A DNA stretch of 64,000 nt from Picochlorum sp. SENEW3. Taxonomy: Eukaryota. The stretch lies in contig CP120461.1 in NCBI GenBank assembly GCA_034226945.1, forward strand, positions 372,001 to 436,000. The letters run 5' to 3'. Positions 37,656 through 48,648 of this stretch are shown piece after piece (the first letter of the stretch is position 1; every line of letters starts with the position of its first letter). Made by a program: the position numbers and the translations under genes. The notes beneath the pieces were generated by a model, which saw nothing but the letters and a program-made list of their open reading frames with translations, was not told where the DNA came from and searched no databases.

Positions 37656-38513
37656 ATGAATGTGAGTAGAATAGCCGCCTCATCGCCAAAGCTTTGTTGT
37701 GGTCCTTGTGGTAGAGTACCACCACACCTCTGGACACAAACACACAGGTCTGCTGCAACGCACCGCATCACATCCCAGGTCCCTCATAGTAACAGAAATT
37801 GCATTGCACGCGATTCTGTAAATGAGAAGGGAGAGCTGGAGACACCCGCTGGATTCGTGAGGGCAGAGCCCGTCAGAATTGAGAGGATTTCATTTGGATC
37901 CATCCTGACTCCTGTTGGTCTTGGTTTGCTCACGTATGGCTTTGGAGCCTTTTTCCAACTACTTCCAGGAGGAGATGTATCTTCTCTTTTGCTTATTTAT
38001 GGATTCCCAATCTCTCTGCTTGGATTTGCGCTGAGCTATGCCCAGCTCAGACCTGTGCCATGCTTTTCTCAGCCAGAGGCTCTTCAAATTAGAGAATCTC
38101 AGGCAACTGATATTCAAAATCAACTCAGAGATGACGTGACTCGGTTTAGATATGGAGATGAGCAGCATTTGGATGAAGCATTGTCGAGAATTTTCAGATT
38201 TGGACAGGCCAAGGGTCTTCCGAGAAGATTTTGCCCGATATTGGTTGCTGTGCGTGAGGAGGTGAGGGGTGGGCAGTACACTCTCGTCTTGGATTTCGAA
38301 ACAAAAGAAGGCATGGAGGATGAGGAATGGATAAGTAGAAAGGAAAAGATTCAATCCTTCTTTGGACCTGGTATTGTTGTAGAACTGACACCACGCCAAG
38401 GTGGACAGGAGGTTGCTCTGATAACAGATGGGTCAGGGGCTGGCAAAGAAGGAGGAGAAAAGAAGGATGTCTTGCCACCCCTCATGCCTGGAATGAAACC
38501 TCGCCAGCAGTAG
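37656..38513 (+). CDS. APE1: Thylakoid protein APE1 (DUF2854)
   Basis: Transit peptide, two TMs, YGFP..LLG.AL.YAQL.PV, QAT.IQ.Q.R.DVTRFRYGDEQHLDEAL.RIF, FFGPG. Confidence 0.92.
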   Translation: MNVSRIAASSPKLCCGPCGRVPPHLWTQTHRSAATHRITSQVPHSNRNCIARDSVNEKGELETPAGFVRAEPVRIERISFGSILTPVGLGLLTYGFGAFFQLLPGGDVSSLLLIYGFPISLLGFALSYAQLRPVPCFSQPEALQIRESQATDIQNQLRDDVTRFRYGDEQHLDEALSRIFRFGQAKGLPRRFCPILVAVREEVRGGQYTLVLDFETKEGMEDEEWISRKEKIQSFFGPGIVVELTPRQGGQEVALITDGSGAGKEGGEKKDVLPPLMPGMKPRQQ

Positions 38514-38556
38514 ACATTTTTTTTCGATATATGGTAATAAATATGTAAATAGAATA

Positions 38557-39168
38557 TCAGGATGGGATATCGTCACTGTCTGTCGTATTTGTCCTTTCAC
38601 CTGCTGGCTTAGGCCGCATTAAGGGACCTCCATTGCCTGGTCGTAGATTGGAAAACCAAAATGCCCTCCACCCCAACCATGGAAGCATACCACCGCATTG
38701 GGTACATTTTTTCCAATACTTGCCTTTCTTTACCAGGCCTTTTCCTCCACACACGGCACATCGCCGCTGAATGACTATTCTCTTTCCAAATTCATATGAT
38801 GCTATGATGAAGGGAATAACACCTACAATACTCCCGAACCAAATTTCCCACCCAGGACCATCCACCGGAGAAGGTACATATTTTCCATGCTCGTCAATGG
38901 ATGCATACGCCATGGTATCCCATGAGAATGCTTGTGCCAGAGAGGCTACTAGGAAACTCTGTACTGCTGCTGCTGATACTGTTGGGTGAGGGCTACAGGA
39001 TGACTCAGCTTGTGAAGCTGATCGTTTGCATGATGGCTCACAATGCATCTGATCATGACAACAAGGTGGATGCTTCATCTGGCCTCGACAGACTTGACGA
39101 GGAAGCTTGTGAGGTTGAGGAGCCAAGAACCCACCACATACTTCTCTCGACGCCCTATGTGACCGCAT
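38557..39168 (-). CDS. Plastid DnaJ-type zinc-finger (CxxCxGxG) membrane protein
   Basis: TM, then EFGKRIVIQRRCAVCGGKGL...KCTQCGGMLPW. Start codon uncertain. Confidence 0.85.
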   Translation of the reverse strand: MRSHRASREVCGGFLAPQPHKLPRQVCRGQMKHPPCCHDQMHCEPSCKRSASQAESSCSPHPTVSAAAVQSFLVASLAQAFSWDTMAYASIDEHGKYVPSPVDGPGWEIWFGSIVGVIPFIIASYEFGKRIVIQRRCAVCGGKGLVKKGKYWKKCTQCGGMLPWLGWRAFWFSNLRPGNGGPLMRPKPAGERTNTTDSDDIPS

Positions 39169-39492
39169 TGCTACGGTTCTTTCCACTGCCAGGTAAATCT
39201 GATGTATTTTTGAGAATTTAACGTATTCCAATAGTTGTCTGTGGTGGGACAGGACAAGGAACGTGCAGCATTAGACATGGCAGGAATGTTTTTTTATTCC
39301 GAGAGGCAGGGAATTTGAAACAATGTTGCTCATCCATCTTGGGAATACGTTGCCATCTGGAACATTGTGAATATCTTTAAAATAATTCAGATAACGAGTG
39401 AACCCGAGAATAGATGAAGAGGAAATCCTCAACACGTGCTGCCTTGCTTTAAAGAGCATGATAATTTGCCCATCACTCACATCGCCGCATCT

Positions 39493-42091
39493 ATGAATAG
39501 AATTCAATCCACAAATACTATAGGATATCAGAAGGGAAGGTTGATTCCTTCATCACGCATCTGTGGCCTGTATGGAAGGAGACATTCGATAGGCAACATT
39601 GCTCAGAGGAATGGGTCAGTCAGGCCAGGAGGGCACGTGCATTGTGCATCTTCCTATAAAAATACAAACCAAGTTTCAAAAGAATTGTCTACGGTGCCAC
39701 CAGGGCGTGGATGGAAGGCTTTCTGGTCCACTGTAGATGCTGGGGCTTGGTTGGGGGCTATGGCTAGTGCTGCTGCATTTGTTGTTACACAGGAAGCTCT
39801 GCTGATTGCTGGACCTCTAGTTCTTCCGCTGATTGCATTATATGCCAGTAAAGAGAAGAATTCTATCGATGCAAAGCGTTCTCAAGCGGTTATGGAGCGG
39901 CAATTTACAAGTGCTCTGAGGCAGCTGGTGGCATTGTCAGAGGAGGGGACTGCTGAGATGGCTGAGGAGGTATCTGCTGCGTTATCCGCATTTGAAGCAG
40001 CAAAAGACAAGAGTGGAAGTATAGATGAGAATGTGATTAAAGAAAAAGTTTTGCCTGTGCTTGTGAAGCTGGAGGAATCTGTGGAGCAAGGTGATGCAAC
40101 AGTGTTGAAGAACATGAGGCGGTCCACAGAGGCTATTGGGGAGGGGTTGAGGAATCTTCGTGCAGATATTCGAACTGATTTACAGGATGCGTCGAGTGAG
40201 GAAGTTGCTGCCTTGTCGCGATTGGATTCGAGGATTGCGGTATGTTTACATGCCTGGATGGTGTGCACATGGTCAAATGTGTCATATGTGTGTATTGTTT
40301 GTGTAGGCGCTTGAAGGGGCTATTTCGGGTTTAGACGCTGCTCAGTCGGAGAGTATGAGGCGTCTGACTGCGAGCTTGTCTTCTTCATTGAGTATAGAGG
40401 AAGATGCAATAGCATCAGCAGTGAAAGCAGAAGTGTGGAGGTCGCTAGAGCCTGTCCGGCAGCTCCCCCAGATTTTATCCCAGACACTGCCAAGGCTTTC
40501 GGCTGATAGTCAACAGCAAGGATCATTTGACGATAATTCTTTAACTGAGGATGGCATCAAGAAGATACTATCGATAGAATTGGAGAACTTGAAGAACTCC
40601 ATCGTTATTGAGCAGCAGGATATGATGGAGGATCTGGTCATGACAGTAGATTCTTCGCAGTGGAACCAGCTTGGAGCAAAACTTGCTGAATTAGATGAAA
40701 AATTGAGTAGGATACAAGAGGATGCGTCTCTGGTGAAAGATGGCACCGAATCAACGGAAGATCTTGTGTCAGAGTTGAAGAATGATTTTCAGGTAATATC
40801 CCGTGACTTGGAAGCTATTGGTTCCCAGATCCGTTCTTTGCCTGGTGACCAGCAACAGATTCAAAAAGAATCCCTTCCTTCCTTCGATATGTCCAAGGAA
40901 CGTATCACGAACCAGGTGAAGGAGAAGATGATGGAGAAGTTGTCCAATATTCTTGATCTCGGGGATGAATCTGTAAACCTTGAGTCATTATCAGTAGAAC
41001 TGTCGGCAGTAATAGTAGAGTATGTGATTGGAGAGGCACTCCGTGGTACAAGATTAGTTTCTAAAGGTTCTGTTGAGGAAAACGTAGAGACAGAACAACG
41101 TGTTTATGATGAATTGCAAACATCTACCAATGGCAGCGGAACAGGAGTGCCAATTGCATCCTGGCTCTCCGATAAAGAATACGAATCTGTTCCCATCAAG
41201 CAAGAGGAAGAATTGGTATTACAACCAGATTCTGTGGAGGCAGAAAATGGGTCTCCTTCCTCCTCCCCAATGGCAATGGACATTGATGTGGAGGATTCCT
41301 CCCCTGTAGATCATGACCTAATGGACGAGGAGGAGGAGGAGGAGGAGGAGGAGCAACAAGAACAAAATCAAGCTACCATAGAGCAAACAGAGGACGAACA
41401 AGAGAATGCTTCGCCATATGATAAAGGTTTAGCTGTCCTTAAAAGGGGTCGAGATGAATTCCAGCGCGGTGATTATAATGCTGCAGACGAATTGTTGGCC
41501 AAGGCCAATGAATACTTTGAAAAAGCCATAGAAGGAGATACGGAGAATATCAAAGCGATTGGTAACCGAGGTAATGCATTAATGGCTCGAGCAAAAGCAA
41601 AAATAATGATGGCAAATCAGAAGTTTGAGGAGGGCATCAAGGGTGCTGAGCTGGATGAGGATGACGCCCAAGACATGCTTTTGAAAGCAGGCAGGTTGTA
41701 TCGCCAAATTCTCGAAATCGATCCATCTCAAGGCAAGGCATTCATCAACTGGGGTAGAGTTATTTGCTTACGAGCTGAAATATCCCAAAGTGCTGGGGAC
41801 TTTGAGGGCGCATACTCTCTTTTCTGCAATGCATCCGACAAGTTCACTGCTGGTGTGGACTTGTCCTCTGGTGCCACTGCCGCAGCAGAGGGACTCAGAT
41901 TAGCTGGAACGGCACTTCTTGGCGCGTATTATTGTGCAATAAATATTGGACTGGTAGAAGATGCATTTTCTCTACTGCTAGAGGCAGAAGGGCTACTTGA
42001 GAATGCCATCGCCGAGGATGCCCAAACCCAAGATCTTGCAGAACCTAAATTGGAGGAATGCAGAGAGCTCATCGCTCAAACTCAACGATAA
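39493..42091 (+). CDS. Putative plastid membrane protein with coiled coils and C-terminal TPR repeats; exons 39493-40239, 40307-42091
   Basis: Transit-peptide-like start, hydrophobic hairpin, heptad region, poly-E tract, TPR motifs (AIGNRGNAL, AFINWGRVI). Confidence 0.8.
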
Positions 42092-42607
42092 ATAGGTGTT
42101 GTATTATAGAATTTGAGGGAGGATTTCGCACATGTAAGACTCTGACAGATATCTTGGGACGAGATGTCGCGCATGTATGCTCTGTAGCGCTGGGTAGTAC
42201 CCACAGGGCGCACTCATGGGCAGGCGGTAGCCTACCCAAGGTAGATTCATCAAGGGCGTTGACTATCGAGCATTCAAGGGGAACATTTCCATTGGACCCT
42301 GTTGAATTAAATTATCGTATTTTATAATTGACAAAGGAATATTCAATCCCAAGAGACGGTTGTGGTCTTCGAGTGACATACCGCGTCACAAGAGTCGTTC
42401 TCTCACGCTGCGGTTTATGATCATTCATCGGATAAAGACCTCATTAATTATTTCATATATACCAGAAAGATTGTTTCTTTACCTGCTGCAGCTGACTCAA
42501 GGGAGACATCACGTGCAATCTAATTTCGCGTAATCCCAATTTCTCGTTGCTCGTGAAAATGGCTCATTTTCCTCCAAGGAGATAACGAAGACTCCGCATA
42601 AAGAAAT

Positions 42608-45600
42608 ATGAGGAATTTTAGGGTGGATATTAGCTGTCTAAATCTACTCCTTGTCGTAGTGGTAGTCTTACTGCAGTTGGTGGTGCAGTCGAGGAGTTTG
42701 ACGTACAAGCCTGATAAAGATGCATTGTTGGCATTCAAGGACAGCGTAGAAGACTATGGATATATTCTAAGTAGTTGGAGTGAGTATACAGATCCATGCA
42801 TTGATCAATGGCCAGGCGTGTCTTGTACCTGCTATCCTTTCTTCGAGCCTTCTGGTGGGCCAGATAGGGCTCAGTCATGTTATCCCCTGGAGCCGTATTT
42901 GGCAGAACAGGGGTCCCGAGTATTGCAATTGAATTTTGGAGATATAAGAATAACAAAATGGAATGTTTTGATTGGGCAGTTACCTGCCGCATTAGGGAAT
43001 TTGACAGAGTTGAGGATACTCAACCTGGCTGGGAACAACTTTTGGGGGCCCATCCCAGAGGAATGGTCAACCTTAAAGGAGCTGGAGATTTTATCGTTGC
43101 AGAATAATAATATCTCTGGATTTTTGCCACCGTATCTCTCGACCTTCTACAACTTACGATACGTGTACCTGGATAATAACTCTTTTGTTGGACCAGTTCC
43201 GTCACAGTGGTGTGATGGGGGCTGGTGGATCTTTGATGTTCGGAATAACCCAGGTACGACTCATATAAACTCTTTGCAATATTTTTTCATGGTAGTATAA
43301 CTTTCTGGGTTGTTATTCAGGACTATGTGATGAAGTTTCTTGGTGTCTGGAAGATCGACTGTTGACTTTTGATGGCACATCCCTTGTTGATGTTGTGTCT
43401 GACAGAGATAAGGGTCTTGGGGGTTATTGTGATATAGGAGTACCAGTCTGTGATTTGGGAGAAGCAGCATGTGAAATTCAGATTCCGAAGCCACCGTACT
43501 GGGTAAATCCTGACAGAGTTTCTTTCTCAATACCTGATTACACATCTGCAGAGGGTGGTGTGGCCACAAAGTTCAAGTGGAAGATTTGTGTGAAAGATGG
43601 CGCATGTCTTATGGATTGGATGGATTATAATGGCAAGGATTTGATACAGTCTGCACAAGTAGTGGACCCATACTCACAAGAAACTGGCATTATCGCCCAA
43701 CTTGTCCATGTTGTAGACTCTGAACTTCCTGACAGCGTGTCTCTAAAGAATGGAGTCGTTTACAACGTGAAAGTGCTTGTTTACAATGCTGCGGGAGTAT
43801 TGAATGGTATAGAACTAACCTCTAGGGATGTATTGGCTGATCTTGTTCCTCCAAAATTGCCAGAGGGCAAGTCAGTTTACAATGGTGAATTCCTGAAAAA
43901 TGTAGCTGCTCAGCTCAGCACAAATGGCATGGGGGTCTCGTGGGACGCATTTGAAGATACCGAGTCGGGCATTGACTACTACTTGTACCAAATATTTGAG
44001 TATGGAAATAATGGGACGACAGAGAATTCGTATGTTGGAAGGCCAGTGACTCGGAAGACAAGAGTCAACAGTGTAGATGACAGAAACGTGTATGCTACAC
44101 AATTAGCTCTCAGTCCAGGTAAAAAGTATTTCGCACGAATTACTGCTGTCAATGGAGCGGGGGTACAAAATTGGGCTGATAGTGCGCCAGTATCTGTGAT
44201 TCTTCCGGGAGAAGGCATTGTTGTTGAGACAACCACCAAGGGTGTCAAGGTTAGCAGTCTTGTAGTCGTCCTTGCTGTCGTTGGCTCTGTACTTGTTCTT
44301 TTGTTTCTCATCACACTTTTCTTAATTAGAAAGAGATATAGAACTAGAAGAGAGGCTAGTAGAAGACGCAAAGGCCAGTTGAAGAACATTAGACAGCTTT
44401 TGAACAATATGTCAGACCAAGTTGGCAGCGCAAATGTTGAGGATAAGCCCAAACTGGATGAACTAAAATATGTTGCTTTCGTGATCACAGATCTCGAGAA
44501 TTCCACCAAAATAGCTTCATCTGCTCCAAATGTGTATGACTTCGTGCAAGAGGCGCATGATACTCTTATGAGAGACCTGATTGCAGCTTATGGGGCATAC
44601 GAAATAAATACCGAGGGCGATGCATTCCATGTAGCTTTCCGGGATGTAGGTACTGCTGTACAATTCTGTATGGAAATTCAGTATGAAATGATGCAGATAG
44701 AATGGCCCAAAGAAGTATTAAAAATATCAGGCTGTGAGGCAGTATATTCAAAGTCACAGAATCATTTCATATATAGAGGACCGAGGATTCGGATGGGCAT
44801 ACATTGGGCAGATGAAGGTCACGTCGTCCAGCAAGTCCACTCAATAACAAAACACAGGATTTTTTCTGGTAGCGCCTTCCAGGTCACGCGAGAGCTCTGC
44901 GAGGCTGCAAAGGGAGGTCAGGTTCTTTTAACACATGCAGCATGGGAGAAGTTGCGTTCTGACATGAGCTCCGCTGGATTCCCGGTTGTGGAACAGTTGG
45001 GATCATACGCATTTGAAACAAGTCAGAAACCAATATGGGTGTACCAAATCCGAAGCCTTTTGGGGAAACCTCTGCATAGGCCAATCGGCCAAACCGCTGC
45101 TAATTTGAAGAACCTCAGACTCTTGAATCAGGGTGCCGCTCTGTCAACCTCGTCAGCACCAATGCCTTTGACAAAGAAAGGTAACCTGGCATTTGTATGT
45201 ATCAAACTTGACAGAGACTGCATTCCAGCGACATCGAATAGGAGTGAGATCCCCTCAAAAGTGACTGAACTTTTGCAAGAGACTATTTGTGCCTGCTCCA
45301 TGCAGTACCAGGGATACTTGTTCAGAACAACCGAAAATGGGTATTTTTATTTGGCCTATCACTCTGCTGTTGATGCTGTTAGAATGAGCCATTTGATTCA
45401 GGTGATTTTGATGGCAGTTCGATGGCCTTCAGAGTTCCAAGATTGGTATGGAAAAGAGGAAAGCTCTGCTGACGGGAAACTTCTTTTCAAAGGACCAAGG
45501 ATCTCAATAGGCATACACGAAAGCAGTGATTACAGTATTCGGCCAATACCTCAAACGAAAGTCACACCTGATGGTATTTCACATATGGATTACTTGGGAC

Positions 45601-47645
45601 CTGCAGAAGAGGCTTCTCGGGCACTGAGTGATTGTGCGCATGGTGGGCAGGTTGTTCTAAGTGAATCTGCATGGTCTGCTGTCCAGCATCAGCTTCCTGC
45701 TGGCCCCACTGTCATTAGCTTGGGTACCCATGCCTTCAAAGAGCCCTGCTTCTCAGATCCAATTTTGCTCATGGAAGTCATGCCCAAACTGCTGAGTAGA
45801 AGAACGTTCCCGCGGCCAAAACAGACGACAATGATAGATCCAGGGTATCGAGATGCACCTGCTGCAAACACTGTTGTCACAATAGCACATCTCAAAATAG
45901 TCAAACCTGCGATAGTGATTGAAGCAGAGAGGCACTTGCAGGACGAGAAGGCTGATGCCTCCAGCAAAGAAGTTCTTCATCTATTCGCAAGAAGTATTGG
46001 AATAGCATCCAAGGCCATCAGAATGCTGCTCAAAGAGTATGGAGGTTACGAGTGCAAAGAACCACAACCTGGAAAATTCACATTAGCTTTTGCGGAACTA
46101 GAAGCAGCAATTAGATGGGCTGCTGCTGTCCAAGCTGCACTTGTTGGTCTCGATTGGCCAGAGAGGATATTGGAATGGACAGAATGCTCCCCTACTTTTG
46201 ATATTGATGATGGGGACCATTCTTCGGATAATGATAGCTATCTGTCAGATTCAGAAGTGGCTATTCCCAAGAGTGAATCAACACAGTGGCATGATGGATC
46301 GAGTCGAATAGGAACCAAGCAATGGTCAAGCAAGGTGCTATTGTGGAGAGGCTTGCCTGTTAGAATTGGCATGGCATCTGGAGTCCCATTATCAAAAGCT
46401 CCGCTGAACACTGGAAGAGCTGATTATTATGGAACGATTCCTAACCTTGCAGCTAGGTTGGTGCACATTGCCAGACCTGGACAGATTCTCTTTGACGCTG
46501 CAAAGCTTGATACTCTATCAAATATGAAGTGGAATGGAGGACGAGCGTACCTCTCTGGTGATAATACCTTCTTGAAAGACCAGGTTGGTGGTGGTGTCTA
46601 CCTAACCCCCATCGGGCAGCTGAAAATTAAGGGGTTGGAAGATCTTCGTTCTGTCTTCCAAGCCGACTCGTGGTTGCTACAATCGAGGGAATTCGAAGAG
46701 ATCCCGTGCGTTGTCCATTCAGTGGTTGCTACAAACATCACACGGCGCATGGCATCCTTGAGGAAAGCCAGTGAAGCCTCCTCAGGCTTCCATCCGACTG
46801 TGGCAGAGAAACCACATGTATCCAAGCCAGGAATATTTGCATCAATTTCTAGAACAAGAGATGCAGGTATTCTTAAGCGAATGAGCATGTCATTTTCAGC
46901 TAGATCCAACTCAAGAGAAGTTGACAGTGTAGAGAACAGCATGCCATTTCATGCGTCAACCAGTGATGGTCAGCCTGCTAATATTTCTTACAGCGATACC
47001 TCATCGCTTGGAGGGGTATTACTGAAGCAGGCTGTCATGTCTTCCAACGCGTACGGGAAAAATTCTGAATCTAGTTTAGCAACGACACCAAAATCTCAAA
47101 TGAGCCATGAATACTTCCACGGCATCAGAAACTCACCAGAACGGCATAGGTTGGCGCCAACAGTAAAGCCACCCGAGGATAGTCGACATCATAATTCAGA
47201 CACCCTGAAGCGCTGCGAAGGCCCGTATGGATCATTAGACGATTTTGCAAAATGGGATGGCAGTGACTCTCTGGTCAAAACACCAACAGCACAGTCAAAA
47301 GTTGTAGACCACTGGGATGCAAGCTTGGCCCTCGAGGAGGCCTTGCATGCAAACAAAGACAAGATCGGTATCCACCATCACGCAGACAAGACGAGTGATG
47401 CGATTGGCAGCGAAGATGGGGATACCAACAGCTTGTCTGACCAAGGTCATTTCTACATGAATGAGAAGGTGAGATCCCACAGTAGAATGTGGTACGAGAG
47501 CAAGAGCCTGCGGAGAGAAACGTCTCTTCCTACTACCTCATCGATTGATGAAGCAAGGAAATCGGGAAACATCAAAAACAAAATAGCAGAGAAATTCCGG
47601 CGTGGCCAAGGAGATGAAAAGAACGATTCAATGAGAATATTTTAA
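42608..47645 (+). CDS. LRR / Fn3-like / TM receptor with three class III nucleotide cyclase domains; exons 42608-43253, 43321-47645
   Basis: Signal peptide, LRRNT (DKDALLAFK..SW...DPC..WPGVSC), plant-type LRRs (L.ILNL.GN.F.GPIP), NNPG|LC cap across the intron, SW..F.D.ESGI..Y repeats, TM about 44260-44327, cyclase motifs TDLENST, TEGDAF, RIRMGIH, DYYG..PNLAAR. Confidence 0.9.
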
Positions 47646-47658
47646 TTGATGCTTACAT

Positions 47659-48330
47659 TTATGCACGTTGATATACTGTAACATATCTAATACTCTTTGA
47701 GTCTACTTGCATTTCGGTTATTTGCCGTAGCTCGGCTCCATTCTGCTCCAATACAAACGTATCCCTGCATGTTCCACTGTATGGCCCCTCCCATGTGACC
47801 ATGATAGATGGCCATTTCCCATCAACAATCTCAACTTTGCCTGTGTGAAAACCTTTTCTCTTATCTCGCCGAGAATGCTTGACAGTTTCTCCTGTCCATG
47901 GATATTCCTCTACAACATCCATAATACCACCTGCCTTGAGGACTGTTTTGAACATTGTACTCCGATCATCAAGTAGCACAAGTGTATTCAGAAACTTCAA
48001 AGCCTTCCTAAACACCCAAGGTAGCTCGACCATATCACATGCTTCATCCATTGAGTCGCTTTTATCAGGCAATTTCTTCCACGTCCCGGTCACAGAGCCC
48101 AGGTCAAACCTCCCAATAGCCTCTGGCTCAGAGACACCAGCAGTGCCGGACTCTGGCAAGCAATATCTACCAAGATCGTCTCTGTTCACGCCATAGGACT
48201 CTAATGAACTGTTCAAAATATCTCTTGATCGTTTTGTACGACGCTGTTGGACCCCAATAGCACAAAAAGGCACACCTAAGTGACAACTATGGCTGCAACA
48301 AAACTGTTGTAGTGCCACAACCATTGCCAA
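47659..48330 (-). CDS. Uncharacterised protein, possibly calycin/FABP-like beta-barrel
   Basis: TGTWKK...KSDSMD......LPWVFRKA followed by beta-strand-like segments. Fold call is tentative. Confidence 0.6.
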   Translation of the reverse strand: MAMVVALQQFCCSHSCHLGVPFCAIGVQQRRTKRSRDILNSSLESYGVNRDDLGRYCLPESGTAGVSEPEAIGRFDLGSVTGTWKKLPDKSDSMDEACDMVELPWVFRKALKFLNTLVLLDDRSTMFKTVLKAGGIMDVVEEYPWTGETVKHSRRDKRKGFHTGKVEIVDGKWPSIMVTWEGPYSGTCRDTFVLEQNGAELRQITEMQVDSKSIRYVTVYQRA

Positions 48331-48648
48331 CTCTTGGTCGTTGGTTGATATCGATGGGAAATACTACAATTTTGTGAAATATCCAGGCAATCTTTGAGCT
48401 CCTCTCAGAGGTCTTTGGGATTTGGTAGCCAAGTATTTTTATTGTTTTTAAGAAGACAAAGGGCGACGAATGTCCCCTAAAACAAGGCCGTTTAAGTACA
48501 TGAAAAGTATTATAAATTACTGCAAGACAATGTATTGAGCAATTATTCATTCATATGACCTGTTAGAGGATTGCTGAGGCGAATCGCTCTGTTCCAACTG
48601 AAATGTTTTGGATTTCAACGGGTTTTCCTAGCTGTGTGAGGGGAGAGT

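Noticed and set aside
41327..41353. (GAG)n tract
   Set aside because: Ordinary poly-Glu linker.
42191..42305. Two possible hairpins upstream of the LRR-cyclase as an H/ACA RNA
   Set aside because: No correctly placed H or ACA box; stems are short.
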